Source: an uncultured Verrucomicrobiota bacterium
GTDB taxonomy: Bacteria > Verrucomicrobiota > Verrucomicrobiia > Limisphaerales > MWDV01
Assembly: GCA_964371005.1 (NCBI GenBank)
Contig: CAYJNU010000002.1
Span: 7,641 to 58,667, forward strand
Direction: 5' to 3'
Length of the DNA: 51,027 bases
Positions 29,901-36,634 of the stretch are shown here, piece by piece (position 1 is the stretch's first letter; each line of letters opens with the position of its first letter). Under the pieces are notes generated by a model. It ran no database searches. It was not told where the DNA came from and worked only from the letters and a program-made list of their open reading frames with translations. The translations under genes and the position numbers were made by a program.

Positions 29901-30326
29901 TCGGCTCTTGTGGAGAGCACGACGGTCGCCTTCGACTCAGACAGCGACGGTCTGATTGATGTGGACGAAGTCGAAATCTACCTGACAGATCCGCTGCGAC
30001 CAGACACCGACATTGACGGCATGACCGATGGAGCCGAAGTCAGAGCCGGTACGAATCCGTTGAGCAAAGACGATGTGTTTGCGGTAGTGAAGGCTGAGGC
30101 GACGGATGGTATGGCCAGCGTTGCATGGACAGCGAAGTCAGCCAGAACCTACCAGGTTGTCCGGAGCTTCGACTTGCTCATATGGGCCGCCGCGCCGAGT
30201 AGCGCTGGTAGCGACCAGCAAAGCAGACAAACGGCGGTCAGCAATGGCCTACTGCGTTACGTTGATTGGGCTACCCATACCAATACTGCCGGTAAAGCCT
30301 TCTACCGTGTGCAGTTGGTGGAGTGA
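23970..30326 (+). CDS. Secreted 2118-aa multidomain protein: subtilisin-like S8 peptidase + C-type lectin-like + FN3 + IPT/TIG + cohesin-like + CarboxypepD_reg-like + dockerin-like + second cohesin-like + TSP3-like Ca-binding repeats
   Basis: Signal peptide MKMHLTSVGRNPAVILLVLLVLLGRAVC. S8 catalytic triad in the motifs AVIDTGVD (D269, nt 24774-24776), HGTHIAG (H328, 24951-24953) and SGTSMAAP (S487, 25428-25430). CTLD motif YIGLSD...FEWVDGS...YTNWAQGWPEN...YCNV...GRWKD (~26742-27104). FN3 (~27753-28034). IPT/TIG PTLGSVTPNHGPAEGGTAVTLAGTLF (~28359-28613). Cohesin-like modules (~28623-28994 and ~29607-29924). Dockerin-like EF-hand ADVNCNGSVSAMDASYILEKAVG (~29181-29339). DSDSDGLIDVDE...DTDIDGMTDGAE (~29934-30074). 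Domain boundaries are approximate and assigned by eye. Confidence 0.9.
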   Translation: MKMHLTSVGRNPAVILLVLLVLLGRAVCLSSGSAIKRQVFSQGPDEAEFKKAHQFAHQQMQKLGRSQNGSIPQPLPKMLQKQVNPHAAGARLPASTTMADEILVKARKGSSLEAALKGKSVSSTYAAPDPTALGVLGEILTEHKAEPIRPAFRASEKLSAAVSKQAGATGLDASLMQNRADLFRWHRVKLGSSAEAAGALAKIRALKEIEAAELNGCYRTADLPEASTDPGYARQWHLQRLRIPETWQFLVTNNINPGGKRDVIVAVIDTGVDYNHEELQANMWVNGREVPGNSIDDDNNGYVDDIHGCSTTYDPREHSGNPMDVQGHGTHIAGAIAATAYNQSGGVGVAFNVQIMAIRIAQETGVMTFEDAAEGILYAVDNGADVINMSWGGYYPSQIVEDALAVAFNQAVLVASAGNDGVGADAWPFYPAAYTWVLGVMASDSLDKLADFSNYDNSGLRYQVAAPGVQIYSSLPNNGYAAWSGTSMAAPVVAGVAALLRSYYSDRNLYSSRFIMGQIVGAVPKRETRCPILNPPGAMMTLAKPDITFSDAILFDEKDISPSNDEDGSLDAGETVQLGVELRNLGGYASQVRGFLTTTDPYTAVQTAEASFNNMGPMATGNNGFAYVNGVLSGVARPFAFRIASNCPNGHVIGFDLSVHCKNGADLNDTNSYVSGPLPIAYVVVRGRQAPRILTEDFEFTSSDYWVIQGPMMVEASATLRIGPGTFVQWGGLSDDPYNPGPQPGNIVVRGKLMIEGTLDNPVNLFPSYLVAGQTTRITVSGPGVCEMRYAKVRNPELVEAATTAMRGLRLIDHCYLDWEAYPASIQAVAISHSILHRLPGGSAFRASRMNTCLFDGGGIAAPVTPDFLPSPILNSTFLQELGSAQARTLGVPPAFIESEVGRLQTLFLSNAVLRAGFTYAGLPMSSSHFFLAETIANFFAGHVACPTNQAEMSFVDNYAAGLPKPGFDPSYVYIGLSDQLTPGLFEWVDGSAVAYTNWAQGWPENSRAGYCNVVSTDGRWKDRPAQPPDASGGVLSWFVLKLPGAWNNEALRAPVLDGSLTDYVRDHYPGSVRFNAFLNKYWDTRRSDWMRIEAFKWSPEAICLARDNFWGTTNSFLVDLVVNDYTDDFTSGKVDYGALPEHGFPSTYPFAEKVLINGMNAETIPVIGAGDATFQVAFNRAMDTNITPFVTFGPAVPYTDFAVKPDTNGWNGWSDSRTWVGGFKITPMIGEGFHLMRVSGAVAADDPWLVTGNDVERFRFQVKTLGTASLNLQASGGEGRIELAWQQTDFELLSGYNLYRADAQAGPFKQVNTTVIPVGSETYTDTNVAPAQTKHYRFTVVRTDLQESDASNIASAASLDTIPPVLTHTPATSALPARGLRLTATATDNLQVAGVIVFYRPSGSGSNYASLAMVNVAGSSWSATIPGSAVQSPGVDYYLTATDGISEVFSGTPTLPHVVLVSNVPTLGSVTPNHGPAEGGTAVTLAGTLFEPGVQVLFGGVLASNVTLMSPNQLTCVTPPHFPALVDVMVANTNGTESTLLNAFLFEQTGVVVAMPQTNGDYGTQVELGLSAADVAGLRAVDATITFDPTVLSAVSARVGMLTAGWTLSANLSTPGRAVLSLANASSTTGSGSLVLLRFNLIKPPPASTPLAIESLFLNDGAITTVRSDGLFTVNGFFTLSGTVHYFNGGQVVPGTLLTLVGAGEFAATSHTNGTFSITNIPTGSYTATPSKTNDASEITGYDASLVLQAAAGPLSLSPNQILAADVNCNGSVSAMDASYILEKAVGLIPGSFPGAGRMWSFAPSQRSYSLLNSNQSSQDFTAVLIGDVSGNWIPIASQGSPPPAPVVGQGASGSPKDKGGSPKSVVLGMDNGPWPHLPGEQVARILMKTDEASVYGIDLTLSYVPSNHTVAAVRPGNLAQGVALAINTNQAGVVRASLASASPLSGSGALLLLSFAGDIPVDCQVDQVRINEGQVSALVESTTVAFDSDSDGLIDVDEVEIYLTDPLRPDTDIDGMTDGAEVRAGTNPLSKDDVFAVVKAEATDGMASVAWTAKSARTYQVVRSFDLLIWAAAPSSAGSDQQSRQTAVSNGLLRYVDWATHTNTAGKAFYRVQLVE

Positions 30327-30394
30327 GTCCGGGCGCCTGCTCGGACATGGGGCGTGTTCTTGAGTTTCGCCCACGCAATCCAGAAAAGGCCAGC

Positions 30395-31687
30395 TCAGGC
30401 CGCTTCTTCGGCGGCCTTGCGGCGCACTAATGGCGGGCACTCGCCCGTCACCACTGGTTTCGTGATCTTGATGTGGACCACGTCGTCGCTGCTGGGCACG
30501 TCGTACATCACGTCGAGCATCAGCTTCTCCAGCAATGTCCGCAAGGCGCGCGCGCCGGTACCTTTGTTGACGGCCTGCGCCGCCAGTTCGCGCAAGGCTT
30601 CGGGTGAAAACTCCAGTTCCACGCCTTCAATGGCCATGAGCTTGGCATACTGTTTGGTCAGAGCGTTGCGCGTGCTGGTCAAAACTTCTACCAATTGATC
30701 CTCGGTCAACTCGGCCAGCGTGGTCACCACCGGCAAACGCCCGATGAACTCGGGAATGAAACCAAACTTCAGCAGGTCCTCGGGCTCGACCGCTTCCAGC
30801 AACTGGCGGCGCTCGTCGGCGTCAGTTTGTCCGCCTCGGCCGGGGGCGTGAAAGCCCATGACGTGGTGGCCCAGTCGCCGCTGGATCATGCCCTCCAAGC
30901 CCTCGAACGCGCCGCCGCAGATGAACAGAATGTCCGTGGTATCCACGCGGATGTATTCCTGTTGCGGATGTTTGCGCCCGCCTTGCGGCGGCACGGCGCA
31001 GACGGTGCCTTCCAGGATCTTGAGCAGCGCCTGCTGCACGCCTTCCCCGGAAACGTCGCGCGTGATGGAAACGTTCTCCGTGCGACGCGAGATCTTGTCT
31101 ATCTCATCGATGTAGATGATGCCTCGTTGAGCCCGCTTAACGTCGTAATCCGAGTTTTGCAGCAGGCGGAGGATGATGTTCTCCACGTCCTCGCCCACGT
31201 AGCCCGCCTCGGTGATGGTCGTGGCATCGGCGATGGCGAACGGCACGTCCAAGGTCCGCGCGAGGGTGCGCGCGAGCAAAGTCTTGCCCGAACCGGTCGG
31301 GCCGAGCATGAGGACGTTGCTCTTCTCGATCACGACGTCGGCGTGTGGATCGCGGCGGGCATCGCCGTCGGGATCGGCCTCCGCGCGCTTCTGCGGGCGA
31401 TGGAGGATGCGCTTGTAATGGTTGTGAACGGCGACGGCGAGCGTCTTCTTGGCGTGGTCCTGACCGATGCAATGCCGGTCCAACTCGCGCTTGATTTCCG
31501 CCGGCTTGGGCACCGACAGACGCAGATCGGGCTTGGGCTCGGGCGCGAGTTCCTTGTCGAGGACGTTCTTGCAGAGCAGGACGCAGTTGTCGCAGATGTA
31601 AACGCCCGGTCCGGCGATGAGCTTCCGGACCTCGGCGTGCGACTTGCCGCAGAAACTGCAGGCCGTGCTGGCGGACGGGCGAGCCAT
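30395..31687 (-). CDS. clpX: ATP-dependent Clp protease ATP-binding subunit ClpX
   Basis: N-terminal zinc-binding domain [26 protein letters not shown], Walker A GPTGSGKT, Walker [10 protein letters not shown], 430 aa, located downstream of clpP. Confidence 0.97.
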   Translation of the reverse strand: MARPSASTACSFCGKSHAEVRKLIAGPGVYICDNCVLLCKNVLDKELAPEPKPDLRLSVPKPAEIKRELDRHCIGQDHAKKTLAVAVHNHYKRILHRPQKRAEADPDGDARRDPHADVVIEKSNVLMLGPTGSGKTLLARTLARTLDVPFAIADATTITEAGYVGEDVENIILRLLQNSDYDVKRAQRGIIYIDEIDKISRRTENVSITRDVSGEGVQQALLKILEGTVCAVPPQGGRKHPQQEYIRVDTTDILFICGGAFEGLEGMIQRRLGHHVMGFHAPGRGGQTDADERRQLLEAVEPEDLLKFGFIPEFIGRLPVVTTLAELTEDQLVEVLTSTRNALTKQYAKLMAIEGVELEFSPEALRELAAQAVNKGTGARALRTLLEKLMLDVMYDVPSSDDVVHIKITKPVVTGECPPLVRRKAAEEAA

Positions 31688-31691
31688 GAGG

Positions 31692-31719
31692 ATTTACGAT
31701 TGACGATTCGCGATTGACG
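31692..31719 (-). repeat. Four tandem CG-phased heptamers immediately upstream of the clpX start codon
   Basis: Plus strand reads ATTTACG ATTGACG ATTCGCG ATTGACG. On the coding strand this is CGTCAAT CGCGAAT CGTCAAT CGTAAAT, then CCTC, then ATG (31687). Confidence 0.85.
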
Positions 31720-31743
31720 GCCAGCCCGGCTGGGAGGAGGCGC

Positions 31744-32367
31744 TCACGCCTTGTCCTGCAAAGTCGGAAGCTCCTTCCGTGATTGCACCACGGCGTCCAC
31801 GAGGCCGTAGGCCTTTGCCTCCTCAGCGGACATGAAGAAATCGCGGTCGGTGTCTTTCGAGATGTCGTCGAACGACTTGCCGCAATGCTTGGCGAGGATC
31901 TCGTTCAGGCGATCCTTGAGGCGCAGGATTTCCTTCGCCTGGATGCTGATATCGGTGGCCGCGCCTTGCACGCCGCCCCACGGTTGGTGGATCATGATGC
32001 GGGCGTTCGGCAGCGCGTAACGCTTGCCCTTTGTGCCTGCCGCCATCAGCACCGCGCCCATGCTCGCCGCCTGGCCGATGCAATAGGTGTTCACGTCGCA
32101 TGTGAGGAACTGCAGCGTGTCGTAAATCGCCAGTCCCGAAGTGACGCTGCCGCCCGGGGAGTTGATGTAGAGATGAATGTCCTTCTTCGGCTCATTCATC
32201 TGGAGGAAGAGCAATTGAGCGATGATCAGGTTGGAAACCATGTCATCCACGGGCGTGCCCAGGAAGATGATGCGGTCCACCAGCAGCCGCGAGTAAATGT
32301 CGTACCCGCGCTCGCCGCGCCCCGTTTGCTCCACCACCATCGGTACCAGGAAGTTTTTCTCGTTCAT
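31744..32367 (-). CDS. clpP: ATP-dependent Clp protease proteolytic subunit ClpP
   Basis: 207 aa. Contains [35 protein letters not shown], the catalytic Ser in GQAASMGA, and MIHQPWGG. Confidence 0.97.
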   Translation of the reverse strand: MNEKNFLVPMVVEQTGRGERGYDIYSRLLVDRIIFLGTPVDDMVSNLIIAQLLFLQMNEPKKDIHLYINSPGGSVTSGLAIYDTLQFLTCDVNTYCIGQAASMGAVLMAAGTKGKRYALPNARIMIHQPWGGVQGAATDISIQAKEILRLKDRLNEILAKHCGKSFDDISKDTDRDFFMSAEEAKAYGLVDAVVQSRKELPTLQDKA

Positions 32368-32390
32368 AAAGCCTTGTTTTCGGCAGGGGA

Positions 32391-32419
32391 AACGTAAGGG
32401 AGCTATCCGAGGGCGTCAA
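32391..32419 (-). promoter_or_regulatory. Candidate sigma-70-type promoter for clpP
   Basis: On the minus strand: TTGACG (32419-32414), 17-nt spacer, TACGTT (32396-32391). It lies ~24 nt upstream of the clpP ATG, with AAGG as a weak RBS. Confidence 0.3.
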
Positions 32420-32729
32420 GCAAACCAGCCAACCCGTCACACTCGCTTGTCCCCTGAAATGCACCATCGCATCGCGATCCCGTCGTTTTCGAGATCGTTA
32501 CCTCAAAGCAGGTTTTGATCACGCTGCAGGGTGGAGGGCCTGTCCCGGGGGGCGCAAAACACAAACAGGAGCCGTAGCAACCCATTTGAAGGAGAACACA
32601 AGCAGCGGCGGCAGATTCTCCGCGAGACAGGGATGCACTGGCGGACGTTGCGGAAGTTCTGGGAAGGGCACGTTTGCGTTTCGCGGCGGGGTGGCCCAGA
32701 GCATTAGCTCGTGCATACTCTTTTCCAGC

Positions 32730-32758
32730 TTTGAAAGTCGCACGACAGCCGGGTAGAA
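32730..32758 (+). promoter_or_regulatory. Candidate strong sigma-70-type promoter for the VTC/DUF4956/HlyD operon
   Basis: TTGAAA (32730-32735), exactly 17 nt, TAGAAT (32753-32758). It lies 87 nt upstream of the ATG at 32845. Confidence 0.45.
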
Positions 32759-32844
32759 TTTGTTCGCCTGGCACATGGAATTGCAGCATATTCTAGCGCC
32801 ATGAAGTCCACGGCGAGGATTGGGCGGGGAAAGGGCGCGCGGCG

Positions 32845-33636
32845 ATGACGGCGGATCGGATGCAGGCGCAGCGCTTCGAGCGCAAGTATTTCATCACCGA
32901 GCAGCAGGTGCTCGCCGTGCGCGAGTACGTGAGCGGTTATTTGGAGTTGGATGAATTCAGCCGCGACCAACCCACCCACAGCTACCCGGTTCACAGTATC
33001 TATCTGGACTCCGATCAGCTCACCACCTACTGGGCGACGGTGCATTGCGAGAAGAAGCGGTTCAAGCTCCGCGTGCGTTACTACAATGACGAGTCGCCGC
33101 TCTTCTTCGAGATCAAACGGCGCGAGAACGAGTGTATCCTCAAGCAACGCGGCGCGGTGCATCGAGAGGCCGGCGAGCTGCTGCTGGCCGGGCAGTTGCC
33201 CGCGCCGGAACACCTGCTTTCTGGCAAGCCCCAACATCTGGCGGCGCTCCAGCGATTCTGTTACCTCATGCAGCGGCTCCGCGCCCGCCCGATGGTGCAT
33301 GTGGGCTACCTGCGGGAAGCTTGGGTCAGCTCGCAGGGCAATTCGGTGCGCATCACCATTGACCATCAGGTTCGCGGCGAGCCCCGACATGAAGCCCGCT
33401 TCACCACGCAGATGGAGAAGCCCGTATATCCTTTCGGCAAGCAGACCGTGTTGGAGATCAAATTCACCGACCGTTTCCCCGATTGGATCCGGGACATGGT
33501 CCGCCACCTCAACCTGACGCAGACGGGCGCGCCGAAGTACTGCGGCAGCGTCATGGATGCCGGAGAACAACGTGTGGTGGCGACCCGCGCAGGCGAAGAA
33601 GAACAAAAGCTGGCGGCGGTGATGAAGTTCTGTTAA
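32845..33636 (+). CDS. VTC domain-containing protein (polyphosphate polymerase-like; triphosphate tunnel/CYTH-like fold)
   Basis: 263 aa. Contains RFERKYFITEQQ (ExExK-type tunnel motif), VHSIYLDSDQLTTY, KLRVRYY, FFEIKRRENECILKQR and VRITIDHQV, the pattern I recognise from bacterial VTC (PF09359-type) proteins. Confidence 0.8.
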   Translation: MTADRMQAQRFERKYFITEQQVLAVREYVSGYLELDEFSRDQPTHSYPVHSIYLDSDQLTTYWATVHCEKKRFKLRVRYYNDESPLFFEIKRRENECILKQRGAVHREAGELLLAGQLPAPEHLLSGKPQHLAALQRFCYLMQRLRARPMVHVGYLREAWVSSQGNSVRITIDHQVRGEPRHEARFTTQMEKPVYPFGKQTVLEIKFTDRFPDWIRDMVRHLNLTQTGAPKYCGSVMDAGEQRVVATRAGEEEQKLAAVMKFC

Positions 33637-33674
33637 GCCATGAAGGTTTGAATCGCCCCGAGAGGGGCAGTGTT

Positions 33675-34364
33675 ATGTTTGAGAGTTTATTCAACGGGGA
33701 TTTCGGCCGGGCACCCACGAATTTTCCCGCACTCATCATGGGCCTGCTGCTGGCGTTTGCCGGCGGCCATGTGTTGGCTTGGGTGTACATGATCACGCAT
33801 TCGGGATTGTCCTATTCCCGCTCGTTTGTGAAGTCGCTGGTGGTCATGCCGGTGATCGTGGCGCTGGTCATGCACGTCCTTTCCAACAACATCATTACGG
33901 CGTTCGGCATGATGGCGGTGTTTACCATTGTCCGCTTCCGCAACATGCTTCGCGACACACTGGACACCACCTATATTTTGGTGGTGCTGGCGATGGGGAT
34001 GGCCGCGGGCAGCCAGAAGTTCGCCACCGCCGTTGCCGGGGTGGCCATCATGGCACTGGCGCTGGTCTACTTATGGGCGACGTCGTTCGGCAGCCGCCAC
34101 CGCTACGATGTCATTCTGAACCTGCGCTGGTCGCGTCCGCTCACCGATGCCGGTGAGATTGACCGATTGCTCCAGCGTCATGTCCGGCGGAGCCGCCGGG
34201 CCAGCCAGCGCGCCACCTTGGGCGAAACCGTCGGGGCCGACCTGTCCTACTGGCTGCTGCTGCGTGATCCGACGCGCGTGGACGAGTTGTTGAGCGAAGT
34301 GCGCGAGCTAAATGGGGTTTCGCATGTAAGCTCCATTCTGGCGGAGGATGAATCGGAGGTTTGA
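33675..34364 (+). CDS. DUF4956 domain-containing membrane protein
   Basis: Start at ATG 33675. About four TM helices and the IVRFRNMLRDTLDTTYILVVLAMGMAAG motif (the RFR motif is typical of DUF4956), followed by a soluble C-terminal domain. Its stop lies 1 nt before the next gene. Confidence 0.75.
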   Translation: MFESLFNGDFGRAPTNFPALIMGLLLAFAGGHVLAWVYMITHSGLSYSRSFVKSLVVMPVIVALVMHVLSNNIITAFGMMAVFTIVRFRNMLRDTLDTTYILVVLAMGMAAGSQKFATAVAGVAIMALALVYLWATSFGSRHRYDVILNLRWSRPLTDAGEIDRLLQRHVRRSRRASQRATLGETVGADLSYWLLLRDPTRVDELLSEVRELNGVSHVSSILAEDESEV

Positions 34365-34365
34365 C

Positions 34366-35496
34366 ATGGAGAATAAAGATCTGAAGCCCATTCCCATTCC
34401 GCCGCGGCAGCATCTGCGCGAGTTCCAAGTGGTCTATTTACCCGTGATTACCTTCGCGGGCCTGGTGGTCTTGATCGGCTGGATGTGGGTCCGCTACGTC
34501 GCGCCCGCAACCATCGTCGGCGAGGTTGAAACCGTGCGGTCCAAGGTCATCAGCACCGTTGCGGGCACGGTGCAGGAACTCAAGGTGGGCCGGCTCTCCA
34601 GCGTGACCAACGGCCAGGCGCTGGCCGTCCTCACCGTGCTCGACGCCGACCAAGTCAACGCGGAGGTGGCGGCCGCCGAGGCCGACTTGCGAATCATGAA
34701 GGCCCGCATGGATCTGGACCGGATCCGGAATGCCAACGGGCACGCCCAACTTCGCACGGAACTGCAACTTGAACAGCTCAACCTGGAGATTGCTCGCATC
34801 CGCTTGGCGCAGGCCGAGAGCGAGCTGGAGCGGACCAAGCGACTGTACGACGAACAGCTCACGGCTCGCGGCACTGGCGCGGCGCGCAATGACTTCGGCT
34901 ATGACGTGGCGTTGCGGGATCGCGACGCGCTGCGCGCGGAAGCCGTCGCCCGCGAGAAAGCTGTGGCCGAGCTCGAAGCCGGCGTGAAACGCCTGCAAGC
35001 TGCGGGCGCCGCGGATTTGGGTCAGCCCGATGCGGTCATTGAGCGGGCCATCGCCGCCCAACGGGAGCGCCTCGAGCGTTCCGAGAAGTCCATCATCTTG
35101 CGTTCACCGATGGATGGATTCGTGAGCGTGGTGGACCACCTGCCAGGCGCCAAGATCATGGCGGGCGAAACGATCCTGGTGATCAGCGCGGAGAAATCGG
35201 AGCGAATTCTGGCCTGGGTCCGCCAACCGGTGACTGCGCGGCCGAATGTGGGGGACATGGTTGAAGTGCGGCGTGGCGTCCTGGGCAAGCCGCCGTTTCA
35301 AGGCATGATCGTCAAGGTCGGGAAGCAATTGGAGCAGATCAACCCGACCGCCGTTCCCCTGGCCGCTACGATCCAGCAAGCCGAGTTTGGCCTGCCGCTG
35401 ATCGTCCTCAAGTCGCCGGACGTGGAAGACTTGATCCCTGGAGAGGCCGTGCAGCTTCGCGTGACCCGACGCGTGCCACCACCGGTCAACAATTGA
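34366..35496 (+). CDS. HlyD-family periplasmic adaptor (membrane fusion protein)-like protein
   Basis: ATG 34366 with GGAGG 7 nt upstream. N-terminal TM (VVYLPVITFAGLVVLIGWMWV), a lipoyl-like hairpin half (VISTVAGTVQELKVGRLSSVTNGQALAVL), a ~150-aa coiled coil, a second lipoyl half (ILRSPMDGFVSVV) and a beta-barrel C-terminus. Confidence 0.75.
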   Translation: MENKDLKPIPIPPRQHLREFQVVYLPVITFAGLVVLIGWMWVRYVAPATIVGEVETVRSKVISTVAGTVQELKVGRLSSVTNGQALAVLTVLDADQVNAEVAAAEADLRIMKARMDLDRIRNANGHAQLRTELQLEQLNLEIARIRLAQAESELERTKRLYDEQLTARGTGAARNDFGYDVALRDRDALRAEAVAREKAVAELEAGVKRLQAAGAADLGQPDAVIERAIAAQRERLERSEKSIILRSPMDGFVSVVDHLPGAKIMAGETILVISAEKSERILAWVRQPVTARPNVGDMVEVRRGVLGKPPFQGMIVKVGKQLEQINPTAVPLAATIQQAEFGLPLIVLKSPDVEDLIPGEAVQLRVTRRVPPPVNN

Positions 35497-35614
35497 TCCC
35501 CGACGCGGCTCGGACTGTCTCGGGACCGCAAGAATCGTCCGAGGCGGGGGCACGTGGTGACACTGGAATTCCGCATTCGACTTTTCCAGGTGGTTTTTCC
35601 ATAGTCGTGGTTGC

Positions 35615-36496
35615 ATGAAATCCATGACGGGCTATGGGCGCGGGGAGTGCGCGCGGGACGGCTTCAAGGTCATCGCCGAACTCAGTTCGGTGAATCGCAA
35701 GCAGGCCGAGATTGCCGTCAACCTCCCACGTGAACTGGAGTTGCTCGAAGGGCCGTTGCGCGATCTCGTCAACCGCCACATCGCGCGCGGGCGGCTCTCG
35801 GGCCGAGTTTCGCTGCACGCCGGGTCGGGCAAGGCCGCCGCCCGCCAGCACATCAACTTTCCGCTTGCCCAGGCTTACGCCCGCGAACTCGCCCGGCTCG
35901 GCAAACAACTCAAGCTCGACGGCCCGGTGACCCTGGACCAACTCGTCCGCGCTCCCGGCGTTTTCCAAACGGACGAAGAACTGGCCGGGGCGGAAACGCT
36001 CTGGCCCGCGGTGGAGAAGGCGGTCAAACAGGCGTTGGCGGCGTTGGTGAAGATGCGCGCGCGCGAGGGGGCGCACCTGGCGGAGGACCTCGCCCGACGC
36101 ATCGTTACCATGCGCCAGTGCGTGGTGCGGGTACAGGCACAGGCTCCCAAAGCGGCGGAACGCTATCGCGAACATTTGATCGAACGCATTCGTAGCGCCG
36201 GCCTCGCCCCCCCCGCCCCCGACGACGAACGGTTGCTCAAGGAAGTGGTCTTCTTTGCGGATCGTTCGGATATCTCCGAGGAACTGACGCGACTGCAAAG
36301 CCATTTCAAGCAGTTTGACGATTCCATGAAATCGCGCGAGCCGGTGGGGCGCATGCTGGATTTTCTGGCGCAGGAAATGAACCGCGAGGTCAATACCATC
36401 GGGTCAAAAGCCAACGACGGGGCCATCGCCCGGGAGGTCGTCGTCCTCAAAACGGAATTGGAGAAATTCCGCGAGCAGGCACAAAACGTGGAATGA
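35615..36496 (+). CDS. yicC: YicC/YloC family endoribonuclease-like stress protein
   Basis: The N-terminus MKSMTGYGRGE, then SVNRKQAEI, and the C-terminal DISEELTRLQSHFKQF...EMNREVNTIGSKAND are canonical YicC N- and C-terminal domains. Confidence 0.9.
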   Translation: MKSMTGYGRGECARDGFKVIAELSSVNRKQAEIAVNLPRELELLEGPLRDLVNRHIARGRLSGRVSLHAGSGKAAARQHINFPLAQAYARELARLGKQLKLDGPVTLDQLVRAPGVFQTDEELAGAETLWPAVEKAVKQALAALVKMRAREGAHLAEDLARRIVTMRQCVVRVQAQAPKAAERYREHLIERIRSAGLAPPAPDDERLLKEVVFFADRSDISEELTRLQSHFKQFDDSMKSREPVGRMLDFLAQEMNREVNTIGSKANDGAIAREVVVLKTELEKFREQAQNVE

Positions 36497-36559
36497 AGCT
36501 CCGGAAACCAAATCCAACATCCACCGGGCCGCTCACCGCGGCGCTTCGCTGCGTCGGCA

Positions 36560-36597
36560 CTCGAAGGCCGCTCAGTGTTCGAGGTTTGGGTTTCGTT
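36560..36597 (+). terminator. Possible intrinsic terminator after yicC
   Basis: CTCGAA (36560-36565) pairs with TTCGAG (36578-36583) across a 12-nt loop, followed by the T-rich GTTTGGGTTTCGTT. The stem is weak. Confidence 0.3.
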
Positions 36598-36604
36598 AGA
36601 ACTG

Positions 36605-36625
36605 CGAATTTCGAACTTCGGATTT
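36605..36625 (+). repeat. Three tandem CG-phased heptamers in the gmk leader
   Basis: CGAATTT CGAACTT CGGATTT, ending 9 nt before the gmk ATG at 36635. Confidence 0.8.
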
Positions 36626-36634
36626 CATACGCCC

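Noticed and set aside
32768-32783. TGGCAC-atggaa-TTGCA upstream of the VTC gene looked like a sigma-54 promoter.
   Set aside because: The spacer between TGGCAC and TTGC is 6 nt, not 5, so GG and GC are one base too far apart. Sigma-54 is intolerant of this. A near-consensus sigma-70 promoter lies just upstream.
32403-32789. Minus-strand ORFs of 128 and 85 aa upstream of clpP, considered as a candidate replacement for tig or a small gene.
   Set aside because: Pro-rich low-complexity translation, mixed codon bias, no RBS and no similarity to trigger factor. The region is treated as non-coding.
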